Positions 1 through 10,400 of a stretch of 20,000 bases of DNA are shown here, piece by piece. Source of the DNA: Halocafeteria seosinensis (lineage: Eukaryota); assembly GCA_001687465.1 (NCBI GenBank), contig LVLI01000415.1, positions 49,896 to 69,895 on the forward strand, given 5' to 3'. The notes under the pieces were generated by a model. It did not search any database. It had not been told where the DNA came from and worked only from the letters and a program-made list of their open reading frames with translations. The translations under genes and the position numbers were made by a program. Each line of letters starts with the position of its first letter. Position 1 is the stretch's first letter.

Positions 1-1031
1 CAAGCTATACAGTTTTCGTTCCTGTATTGGTTGGGACCGGTACAAAACGACGTTTCATCGTCGATCATCGTGGAACGATGCAATGGACCCTATCTAGGTT
101 CAACTTATGGGAAATGGGGCTTTCAAAGCCTGATTTCCCAACTTCAACAATTGTCTATATGTACATCAATATACTACTTCATGAGATTCCAATCATACCA
201 TCCCATTGCTCTGCTCCGAGTGCTTCTGTCCCGCTCAGCTCCACCGCCTTTCATTTCTTCGTTGTTTGCTTTTCCAGGTTCAGTAACTTTTTTTCTTGAG
301 TTGAGTTTCCTCTGTTCAGCTTGCTTGCTCATTGCTCCAATATAGAAGCTACAGTACCAGGCTTCGGGTGATAGACAGCGCCCACTAACACCTGACTTCG
401 TGCCACTGCCCTGCAGGCCCCGCGATAAGCCGTCGTAACCGATGCCATTAGCATGCTAAATGTGCTCATGACAGCATTGTAAAAGTTTCTCTTTCCGTGC
501 ATGCAAGAACTGTTCAATCTAACAAAACCATGAGTTCCTGCCTGCTAGCTTCCCAAACCAAGCGTTCTGGTTCTTGAACAGCATTCATCATCATGAGCAC
601 CCTGGGCAACAGCCTGTATCCTCTGGTGTCTCGGTTCCATACACGCCGGTTAGAAATCATCTTTCATGGGTACCAAATCGGAAATGTAGCATACTATCCT
701 TCATTAACGTCGGCTACCTCCCGCTCCCCTGAGGCAGCTTTGTGAATGTCGCCCAAGAACAACAAAAAGGTTTTAAAGGGGCCCTACGGGGGATGGGAAA
801 CCAAGCTTAGGGCTCCCAGGTTTATCCCCTCCGGTACGGAAAGAAACGGCCGAGGTACAGGTACAGTACGGTTTTGTACCTGACACCCTACCCACGCCCT
901 ATCCGTATCCTAGACATTTCCTCCGAGAACAACGTCCACTTCAGAGTACATGGTCGTGTTATGTTTGTTACCACGTTGGCTTCATTTGTCACAGGAGAAA
1001 GCAATAAAGACGTGAAGTGAAAACTGAGATC

Positions 1032-4000
1032 ATGATGATGAACAGAGTCTGTACGTACGCTACTGTTGCGGTATTTTTGGCTGGACTTTGCTCGGTGTCG
1101 GCAGGCCATAAAGAACAGGGCGGTTTGCGCAAAACCACCATCACCACCACCAAGAAGAAGAGGCATGAGCATCACTGCATTCAAGACCAAATCCAAGAAG
1201 AATTGAAAAGGAAAGGCATTCGTCCTCCAAGAACGTCGCAGAAGTATCGGGGAAATACACGCAATGGAACTTCAGCTTCGCGCGGACGTAAATTGGAACA
1301 GAGCGATCTGCAGAACATACGCATCAAGAAAGACACGCGATGGATAGACAATCCAGAGTACGTGCTCCTACCTATCTCAGAGTTTTACATTACTCCGAAT
1401 AGTCCACTTCTTGTTGCACATCTCCAGGATGGACAAAGACCCAGATAACGGAGTACGTCTGACTTGTACGGGGACGAACCAGCAATATCGGTTGACTCGG
1501 GCAGATAGTGAGTTTGACACGCAATCGTGTACTTCGGATGACGTCCTAACACAAGAAAAAGCTGACTTTGTAACGAACGTGCTCATTCCTCAAGCTATAG
1601 CATGGTTCGAGGACGCATTGAAAGTAGTTCCTGTCCAAGGCGATCTTGACGTTAGTGAGGATTGGTCCAACGCCAAGTGCACTTGGAAAAGTTATTTATC
1701 TCATATCTGCTGTGGGAGGTTTAAACCGCCTGAGACGCAAATTCAAGATGCGGATATCATATTTTACTTCACGGCTCGCCCGACTTCAGGCAGTACGGCG
1801 GCTTGGGCTACCGCATGCCAAGACGACCAAAACGGAAGGCCGATCTCCGCCCACGTGAACTTTGGTACTAAGGCTTTGGATACCGATCCTTCGCAGGCAT
1901 GGGGGCAACTGGCAACTGCAATTCATGAGCTTTGTCATGCACTTGGTTTTAACGGTGGCAAGTTTGACGAATTGGGAGCCATCACAACCCAGCGAATCAA
2001 CGGCAAGGACGTAAAACTAATCATTACCCCTACCGTGGTACAAGCGGTTCGCTCACATTTTGATTGTCCCGCATCGGAATGGCCTGACGCTGGTGCAGAA
2101 ATAGAAGATCAGGGAGGAGGTGGGACAGCGGGGTCTCATTTTGAGACGCGGGTATTTCAAAATGTAAGCATACCAATATTGCTCGATGGTTCTCGTTGCT
2201 CTTCAGCCAAGTTTGCTTTTTTCTGATGCTGATACAGGACTTCATGACAGGGGTCAGTTCGGGTAATGCTGCAACGATAAGCGTGTTTACACTTGCTTTC
2301 CTGGAGGATACGGGGTTATATTCAGTTAATTTTGACAAGGCGCAACGTCTATCGTGGGGAGAGGGTGAAGGATGTGGATTTGCAAATGATTGGTGCAGCA
2401 AATGGGGTTCAAGATACTTTTGCAGGGATGGGGACCGTAAACGTTGCTCTGTTGATGGAAAATTTCAATCCCACTGCGGTCTTACCACTTACACGTCTGA
2501 CCTACCATGGCATTTTCAGTATTTCGCAGATCCTAGTCGTGGTGGACATAACGGTGTACAGGATTTTTGCCCTGTTTACCAGGAGTTCAGTAATGGTGAG
2601 TGCAAAGATTCAAGTGAAACCGCAAATTCAGTCTTTGGCGAGTACTGGGGAGAGGAAAGTATGTGCTTCGAAGGTAATTTTATAGCTTCAGGCTACGTCC
2701 TTAATGATGATGTAAATCCCCGGTGTCTGCGCTCTGCATGCACCGAAGATGGCAACTTGGTAGCCACGTTTACGGCTGAAGATGGTACACAAATAGATGT
2801 GCCGTGCCCAAACGAAGGAGGTTCGATAGATGTTTCAACGTATACATCATTGTTTAAAGGTGATATTCATTGTCCGAAAGCAAAGTTGTATTGTCCAGAA
2901 GGGATATGCGATACACGTGACTGTAACGGCCACGGGAAATGTAGACCCTTCATTGGAACCTGTACTTGCGATTTCCCTTATTTTGGTTCCGCTGATGATA
3001 ATTGCGAGCTACAACATTGTCCTGGATATGCTGACGGTGAAGAATGTTCCGGAAATGGTGAGTGTAACACCATGACTGGAGAGTGTACTTGCGATGAGAA
3101 TTTTGTTGGAGACGACTGTCACCCTAAACCAAGTCCAACACGTACTCCTACCCCAAGCACCACAAAATCCGTTTCTCGAACGCCATCCAAGACCCCAAGT
3201 AAGAGCGCAACTCGCACTCCAACTCCAACCAGGACCTCAACCTCTACGGCGTCCAAGACGCCGTCTGTCACTTCCACACGGACGCCTACTTCAAGTGTTA
3301 CAGCAACTCCCACCAGGACTAGAACTAACACTCCAACGGGGACACCTTCCAACACTGGAACGCCGACGAGGACTCCAACACCGACATCTACCAACACTCC
3401 TACTACTTCGCCCACTAGCACACCCTCCCGGACTCCAACCAAGACGAGTACTGGGACTTCTTCGGCGACTGTAACTAGAACTCCGTCACGAACGTCAACA
3501 TCGACTCCTACAACTTCAGTCACTTCCACAAGGACTCCTACCTCAAGTATTACAGGAACCCCCACCAGGACTCGAACCAATACACCGACGAGGACTCGAA
3601 CACCAACATCTACCAACACTCCTACCACTTCGGCCACTAGCACTTTATCCCAAACTCCAACCAAGACCAATACTGCCACTTCTTCGGCGACTTTAACTAG
3701 GACGCCGTCTCAATCGTCAACTTCGACTCCTACAATTTCAGTCACTTCCACACGGACTCCTAGTTCCAGTACCACGCCAACGCCCACCAGGACCAGGACC
3801 AATACCCCTACGCGTACACCTTCTAGAACACCTACGAAAACGCCAAGCAAGAGCATAGGTAGCACTCCTTCCTCCAGAACTCCAACCCGAACTCCGTCAA
3901 AGACTTCCTCGGTCACACCAACAAGTACATCGGCCGCTAGTACCTCCGACAGCACCGGGACGAAACCTTCCGACACAGTACCGGAGACATCAAAGTCTAC

Positions 4001-5687
4001 TGCTCCAAGCCAGACAAACGCTACTGCTGCAAGTGGAGAGCCTCCAGTGAATACAGATTCAATAAGTATTCCTACAGGAACGTCTGTTCCTATATCGACT
4101 CAAACGTCATCCTCCAACTCCCCTGGTGGAGAAGGAACCCTACCATCGAAATCGAGTACTCCAATTGCGGCAATGCCATCTAATAAGAACAAAGCGACAA
4201 ATTTACCAGCGACTTCAGAGCCCGACGCTCTTCCTACGACTAGCAGTATACCGTCGCAGTTCTCTGCAGCGAGTGTTACCAGTGCAGTCACCCCAACGAC
4301 AACGGCAACATTGCAAGCTACTACGATCACAACAAGCGGGATCCTTAGTTCTTCCGCTTCCAATTCAAAATGCACTGCCGACGCGTACATGTACGTGAAT
4401 CGAGCCTTCACAGGCGCAAAGTGCTTGGGCTCAGTGGAGCCGGAAATGGTGACTCTATCTTCAAATTCGACGCTTAGCTTCCTTACCAACGATGGGACAA
4501 GTTGTACGGGCTTAGACCTCGAATTAGGTGCAGGTCTCTCCATCCTTGGATCAGTTCGTGTCAATGAAGACCTAGTAATTTTGGTTAGTTCTGGGAGTTT
4601 GCATGTGGTTGACTTTACGACACTACAACCGTCGCAGCAACAACTCCACGGAATAGTACAAGAGAAGTCTATTATATCAGACTTCAAGGTAAATAAAGGG
4701 CACATGTCTATTCTCCAAAAGCACGCGCTTACAAATGTGGCGACCTTAGGGGTTTTCCAAATGGTTGTTGAGGATAAAGGGAAATTTCTCTTAAAAGAAA
4801 ATGCTAGCGTCCGAGTACCTACCACAGAAACCGAAGCAAACTTTCTTATTGTAGGCGATTCTCTAATATTACTGCTAAAGGAATATGCTGAGATCTTGAA
4901 ACCAGATGGTAAGCATTTCTTTGCCTACTACAATGGAGGTTTTCAAATTAGCAAGGACGAAAAAGTAGTCTCCGTAGATGAGAGCTTACCGGTGCCCATT
5001 TTCTTAAAACTATCGCTGAACAGTCAAACTCCAGCTGGTTCTGGTTCAGAAGACTCAGTACAGCTATCTTTATTTTCACTCTTTGAAGGTGAAGATTACC
5101 AGATAAGGCATTTACCAATCAATGTCCCTTCAATAGTTATACCGAAGGAAGGTTCCACTGTTGGTTCTACACTAATGGATTTCTCAGCGAGCCAAGCCTG
5201 TTCTCAAGAAGCAACAGACATAAGAACCTTAGAGGAAAGTTCTGTAATTTGGAGTGTTGACGTCATACTTGCTTCAGATGAACAGCCCGGAAAGTTACTT
5301 ACTCATCGTCTAGAGCTGCCCATTCCGTCGGAGGCTATCCCCTCAGTATGGTCATTGAATGGTTTTGACGCAGTTCCTAAGAGTGGTGTGTCTCCAAGTC
5401 CTCCTAGCTCGGACCCTTCACCCGCTGCTGCTCCATCCAATAAAGCATTTTTTGAACAGAGCTTGTTCGAAGTTACAGCGGCGTTTGCTGGAGCATTTGG
5501 AATCGTATTTACCGTGTTGATAGTGTATTATCTTCGCCAGCAAAAAAGGAAGACTCCTGCCGGAAGTGACAGGGTTAGAGTTGATAGAGAACAGCAAGCG
5601 CTAAATCCCCTATCATCAGGATCAGTAATGAACCCCCTAAACACATCCAATACAGGGGAAGCCAACAGCGATGCCACAGCCTCATAA
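1032..5687 (+). CDS. Leishmanolysin/GP63-like (peptidase M8) zinc metalloprotease with EGF-like repeats, Thr/Ser-rich stalk and C-terminal TM helix, ~1503 aa; exons 1032-1357, 1428-2163, 2238-5687
   Basis: Signal-peptide-like N-terminus (MMMNRVCTYATVAVFLAGLCSVSA) and pro-domain HHCIQD motif. M8 hallmarks: AWATACQDD..GRPISAHVNF, HELCHALGF (HExxH, 1924-1938), EIEDQGGGGTAGSHFETRVFQN/DFMTG (third His and Met-turn), TLAFLEDTGLY and WGEGEGCGF. Introns GTACGT..CTCCAG (1358-1427, 70 nt) and GTAAGC..ATACAG (2164-2237, 74 nt) join three ORFs in frame. EGF-like CNGHGKC and CSGNGEC units at ~2900-3120; hydrophobic helix at ~5470-5534 followed by RQQKRK. Confidence 0.93.
3125..3950 (+). repeat. Coding Thr/Pro/Ser mucin-like repeat (TPTRTPT-type) with three higher-order internal copies
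   Basis: Near-identical anchor gtcacttccaca(c/a)ggac(g/t)ccta recurs at 3267, 3519 and 3741 (spacings 252 and 222 nt, both multiples of 3), each encoding VTSTRTP in the context SVTSTRTP(T/S)SS. Confidence 0.9.
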
Positions 5688-6302
5688 ACGACTTTATACG
5701 ACTTAGCTTCGGATTCTTCAGTATTCATTAGCATCCTCGAGTAAAGTTAATGCGGCTACTTTGATAATGAGGAAAACATACGCTTACTTTAGCTAAGGAC
5801 CATCCTATTGTAATAAACATATTGTATCTTCACTCGTTGTTACTGCGTTGCAGAAATTGCTGATTACTGTACTGTAGTTTGTTACTAATTTCAACCTCAG
5901 AGCTTGTTATTCATCCCCTATACATCCGATACCGAAATAACTCGGCTGGTATAGAATCCTTCTATGGTTTGGTACGGACTGTGTACACCTAATATAACTT
6001 CAGTATTCATTTGCGTACGGTGCTAGACACTTGGTAGAACTTCCGCATGGTTCTCTTTTTCGGCATATGCTCATTCGAAAAGGAAAGGCTTTTCTTTGTT
6101 TGTACACGGCGTAAAATAGCCGAGGCGTGGAACCCGAAGGAGCGTTTGCTCGAACGGAAATTTGGGAAGTGGGTCCACCGGGACATTGAAGAACGTGATT
6201 GATGACGTCCCTTTGTTTCGATATACGATTGAGAAAACAATATGTCTGTGGCCCAACCAAGCAGCACATGCAAGTAGAATTCTATAAAATGACATAGCGC
6301 GC

Positions 6303-6929
6303 TCAGATGACGTCATGCGTAAACTTTGTCGACGCGCTGCCGTATCTTCCGTCGGTCATCGGAGTGAGGCATTGTGATGGCGGTCCAGTCGGCCATACCG
6401 GTATATACCACCTTTGTGTTCCATGCACTTCAGCTCCAAACTCGTCTGAAGGCAATGGGATACATTTCCAGACCGGGCATCGGTGGTCTCCACGACCCCC
6501 TTCATCGGAATTGGACGTTGAGAGCAAGTTGCGGCAGATGATAGCCTTCCCCATGGCAGTACTGTCTCCGTCAGCATAAACGGATACCTTCGTACGTCCA
6601 TTTTTGCACAGCGACCAATATGACCGAACGACCTTCGCCCACTCGCAAAATTCAGTGTACTTTGTTTCGAATAATGGATCCGTACACAGAGGTTCGTCCC
6701 ATGCTTGTGCTGGCGTTCCCATACTTACTAACAAAGTCCAATCATGTTTTTTTGCAGCAAAGAAATCAGCAGACGGTTTATCGCCGTCCTTATGCAGTTC
6801 TTCTATTTTGAATTCCCTGTTCTCCAGCCAAGCCTTAATTATATCTTTAGCCTTCTGCGTTTCGAGTGGCGTGGCGCCAGTGTCGTACGTTCCAACTATG
6901 GTCCCTGCTGGACAGCTAGCTTCGGTCAT
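6303..6929 (-). CDS. Hypothetical protein, 208 aa, intronless, no recognised domain
   Basis: ATG-initiated 627-nt ORF with globular-protein-like composition (rich in W and C), immediately preceded on the minus strand by ATTATAAAAAC and an AT-rich tract. It lies in an otherwise unoccupied interval. Confidence 0.65.
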   Translation of the reverse strand: MTEASCPAGTIVGTYDTGATPLETQKAKDIIKAWLENREFKIEELHKDGDKPSADFFAAKKHDWTLLVSMGTPAQAWDEPLCTDPLFETKYTEFCEWAKVVRSYWSLCKNGRTKVSVYADGDSTAMGKAIICRNLLSTSNSDEGGRGDHRCPVWKCIPLPSDEFGAEVHGTQRWYIPVWPTGPPSQCLTPMTDGRYGSASTKFTHDVI

Positions 6930-7489
6930 GTTTTTATAATTGTCCGATAAGAAGAGTTATTTTGTTAAGCACAAACACAATCCTCGTTATAAAATGTATA
7001 AATGTGGCCCCTATAAGTGTACGGTATAACCTTGCATACACTATTGAAGCGTAATGGTCTTTTGTTTTTCTTGTCGTTCCCTTAGAGATAAATGCCTTCA
7101 ACGAACTTGTCGACGAGAGTCGTCAATCTTGTTAAACGCAAACTGTGTGTGCCTTACAATTCGGAGAACATATATGCGGGGGGCGTACCGTGTGCCGGCA
7201 CAGTGTGTGCCCCAACACTGCTTGCCAACGTCGTGGCCCAACGAGTCGTTGGCGCGAAGGACAGTACAAACTTTTGTTGGACTCTTGAATTCAAATACGG
7301 TCAGTAGCGTTGCCGGCATCGTATCGATATACATTGGCTCACTCATGCTTGCTCCCTCTCAAGAGCACAACGTACAGGTATTATATGTACTGTATGTTTT
7401 CGATCTCGTTCTAGTGTTTGCGGTAGGATGGTAGTATCAAACAATTCGGTATAAGTTGAAGTGTATGATGCCGTTCCAACCCTCGAAGG

Positions 7490-10400
7490 ATGAAGGGCAG
7501 TCGACATGAAAACAAAGACGGTGTATCTGGCTCCAGTGTGATTGCCAAATACATCCAGAGGTTCCGCAGTGCTCCACCTTCGAGTCCTCATGAACGACGC
7601 CGATCTCCCGAGCGAAAGCAACAAATTGAACAAGACTTTTGGTGGTCCTCATCGAAGAGCTCACCGCGTTCTCCCTATTCTAAGCACTCCCATGGAGCGA
7701 TATCGTCCCCTCCATCAGTTTCGCGGAGCCACAAAAACCCGGTGGTAGCCTTACCGCAAAGTGCTACGCCTATATCCCACCCTTGGGGATTGCCAGGCTC
7801 AACCACAACGTTCTCGCAGGCGACAGAGACAACAACCAGAGTGGAAACTTCTACTCACCCCACAGCTGCCGCAGATGCCCCCGTTAATGAAAGTCATGAT
7901 GATGAAATTGCCAAGGCTCCCCAAGCAGATGAATCAAGGTTAGAATGGTCACATGACTTATCGACCGAGGAGTTGCTCCGAGCAATTGACATCACTGACA
8001 GAAAAGATGAAGAATACGAAAGTGAGCTCATGTTTCGAGAGGAGCCCTCTTTTCGCTCTTTGGAGCGCCGAATAGACCTTTCAGATGACTATATTCGCCA
8101 TCGAGAGGAACTGACAAATGAGTCACGTTATAGCTATTTGGAGAATACTCCACCAGGAGACAGTAGGTTATGGGATTCTGACATGGAATGGCTTAAGAGG
8201 GCAAGAACATTTATCGACGACTCCAGAGCTAAGTCTACGCCAACCTCTTTAGCTTCGAGCAATACGTTTACCGGCCAAGGCCAAGGCAACTCTTGTCGAG
8301 ATGGTGAATCCTTTAGAATACCTTCTAGTCGACTGCCAGTACTGCGAGCACGAGTAGAAAAGTTTCGAATCGATTCCCAGGATAATTTACATACGTCGAA
8401 TGGGAATACATTCAAGAGTCCTGATCAGTCTGAAGGACTAAACAAGGGTCATTTTGAGCCTAGTTCGCAGTCAACTGAAACCCTTGTGTCGGGTCAAAGT
8501 CACCCCACAAGTCTCTATTCTCACGGAGCGCAACAAATGGAGAACCGCAATGTTAGGTCGGACTCCTGCGGAGGTGGCACAGAGGAAGCGATGCGTAGCT
8601 CAACTCATGTACCTTCGACAAATAAGAGTGATGCAGGGCGTCGAGCTGAACTAGCTGCTCGGTACGAAGCTGTCTTTCCAAGGTCTCTCCCGGAAACACC
8701 TCCATCAACCGGAAACTTGGGAACCGAACCTAATTCTCGAAGCCCTGGTACCAAAGCTTCTTTTGGAAACCCTTCTTTAGCGTTTGCAACTCAGGGACAC
8801 GCGTTTTCCCGGACGACCGTCAAGAGGACTCCTCAGTTACGTACGCATACTGCTCCCATGGACCAGTCCTCGAATGTTCGTCAAAACAGTGCTCCCCAAG
8901 TGGAGGTTTCAGCCGTTTCATCTCGGCGTCTTACCGTAGAAAAAACGGTCAATTGTACGGTTGATGGAAGCGACACTCTTCAAACAAAGAGAACCGATAG
9001 GGAGATGGCCCACGCTGTCACTCCGGCTTCAAGCTCTAGTACGGAGACCTCAGAGCTGCCGACCACTCTTAATGCCGCTGAAAAGGCGGGGAAAAGTGTG
9101 GACCTAGTGGACGCCGAGTTTGAAGACAGTATGTACATTGATCCTTCTATTCTGGCCAATGAAGATGCAGAGCGGACGATCCAACGCTTAAGGGAACGTC
9201 TTAGGAATGCCAGAGACCTTCATATCCGAAGACGTCGGGAGAAGCGGAGGCAAATAATCGACGCGGAACGGCGGCCTTCGAGCCCTAAGGTTTCTTCCCC
9301 TGCTACGACCTTGCTTCGCACCAACTGCACGCATGACGCAATCCCTTCACAAGAGTGCAAGTACAGGACGCCTTCCCGAGTAGAGTTTTGCGGATCCGTC
9401 TTAACGGAGAGTGTTGCTCCTTATACTAGTTTGCACTACAGATGGCCTCACTCTTCGGGCTCCGAAACGAGTATTGGGGAATCAATGAAGGACTCATCCA
9501 CCGCGAGGGCCAAACAACATTCGTGTTTGGACGTGCAACGCTGTGAGCACATCCACATTACTCCCTCCACGATATCCCACAACGAGGTGATAGTCTGGAA
9601 AGATTCGTCCTGCCAGCAGGCATCGACAGTTACTTCTCAGCGATATAATCTCCGTAGATGTCCGGACTCCCCAGAAGAAATGATGAGCGGGTATATCCAA
9701 TCTGATAAAACAGGGAAGACGGGTGATGAGACCAAATTGGCGACAATAAATTCTTCAGTTCCAAGTCCCTCTGTTTCTTCAGTAGTTGATGCCTATGTGT
9801 CGGAAGGGCAGCCGGTGAGCTATATTCCCGGAACGCCGATTCCCTCTGAACACCCCTCGATACAGAACAAGGATTCTTCCTTCACCAACGGGCTGTTTAC
9901 ACAAAGTGTGCCTAACTGTGTCGAGTCGGCTGATGAAGTGAACTCAGTTTTGACGAGTCAATGTGGTTCGATGGGTACCGCTTCGGAATTGCAACAGGAC
10001 GATCACAGCTCTGGCAATTCGAAGAGCCGTCAAGTGCCCTCAGGCCAACCTAGTTCTCATTCCAGCAGACCGGTGGAACAGTCACATGCGCTCATAGGGT
10101 CGTACACAGGTGTATCGAAGGAGGAATACAATGGCTACAGGGAGTTTGCCTTCTCTCACAGTGCCTCCGTATCATCCCCCACACGATCCAACGACGGTAC
10201 TATTTCGAAGGCTATTTCTTCTACGAGTATGGTCACACATACTGGTGAATCTGACATCGGCAGCCCAGTCCCTTCTCCAGTCCATAGCTCAGATCAGTAC
10301 CAAAGTGGACACGCCTACACAACGACTAGCTCCAAGTTAGAAGTAAATGAGTCTACTTGGACGTGGACGGCAACAAGCGAAGAGCCACACCTTCGAATGA

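Noticed and set aside
1..700. Short ORFs on both strands, including minus-strand MSKQAEQRK.. (332-174) and 329-517
   Set aside because: No motif. The splice combinations I tested hit stops immediately, so no gene model can be supported.
3119..3976. Val-rich minus-strand ORFs (186 aa and 88 aa)
   Set aside because: Antisense shadows of the Thr/Pro codon repeats in the mucin stalk.
4100..4825. 241-aa minus-strand ORF
   Set aside because: Fully antisense to the protease CDS, with no recognisable motif.
6000..6316. Three overlapping minus-strand ORFs downstream of the orphan gene
   Set aside because: No motif and no convincing donor linking them to the 208-aa ORF; probably 3' UTR or intergenic DNA.
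7054..7434. 126-aa + strand ORF upstream of the 1306-aa gene
   Set aside because: Composition is not protein-like; more likely promoter or 5' UTR, with a possible UTR intron at 7378-7426.
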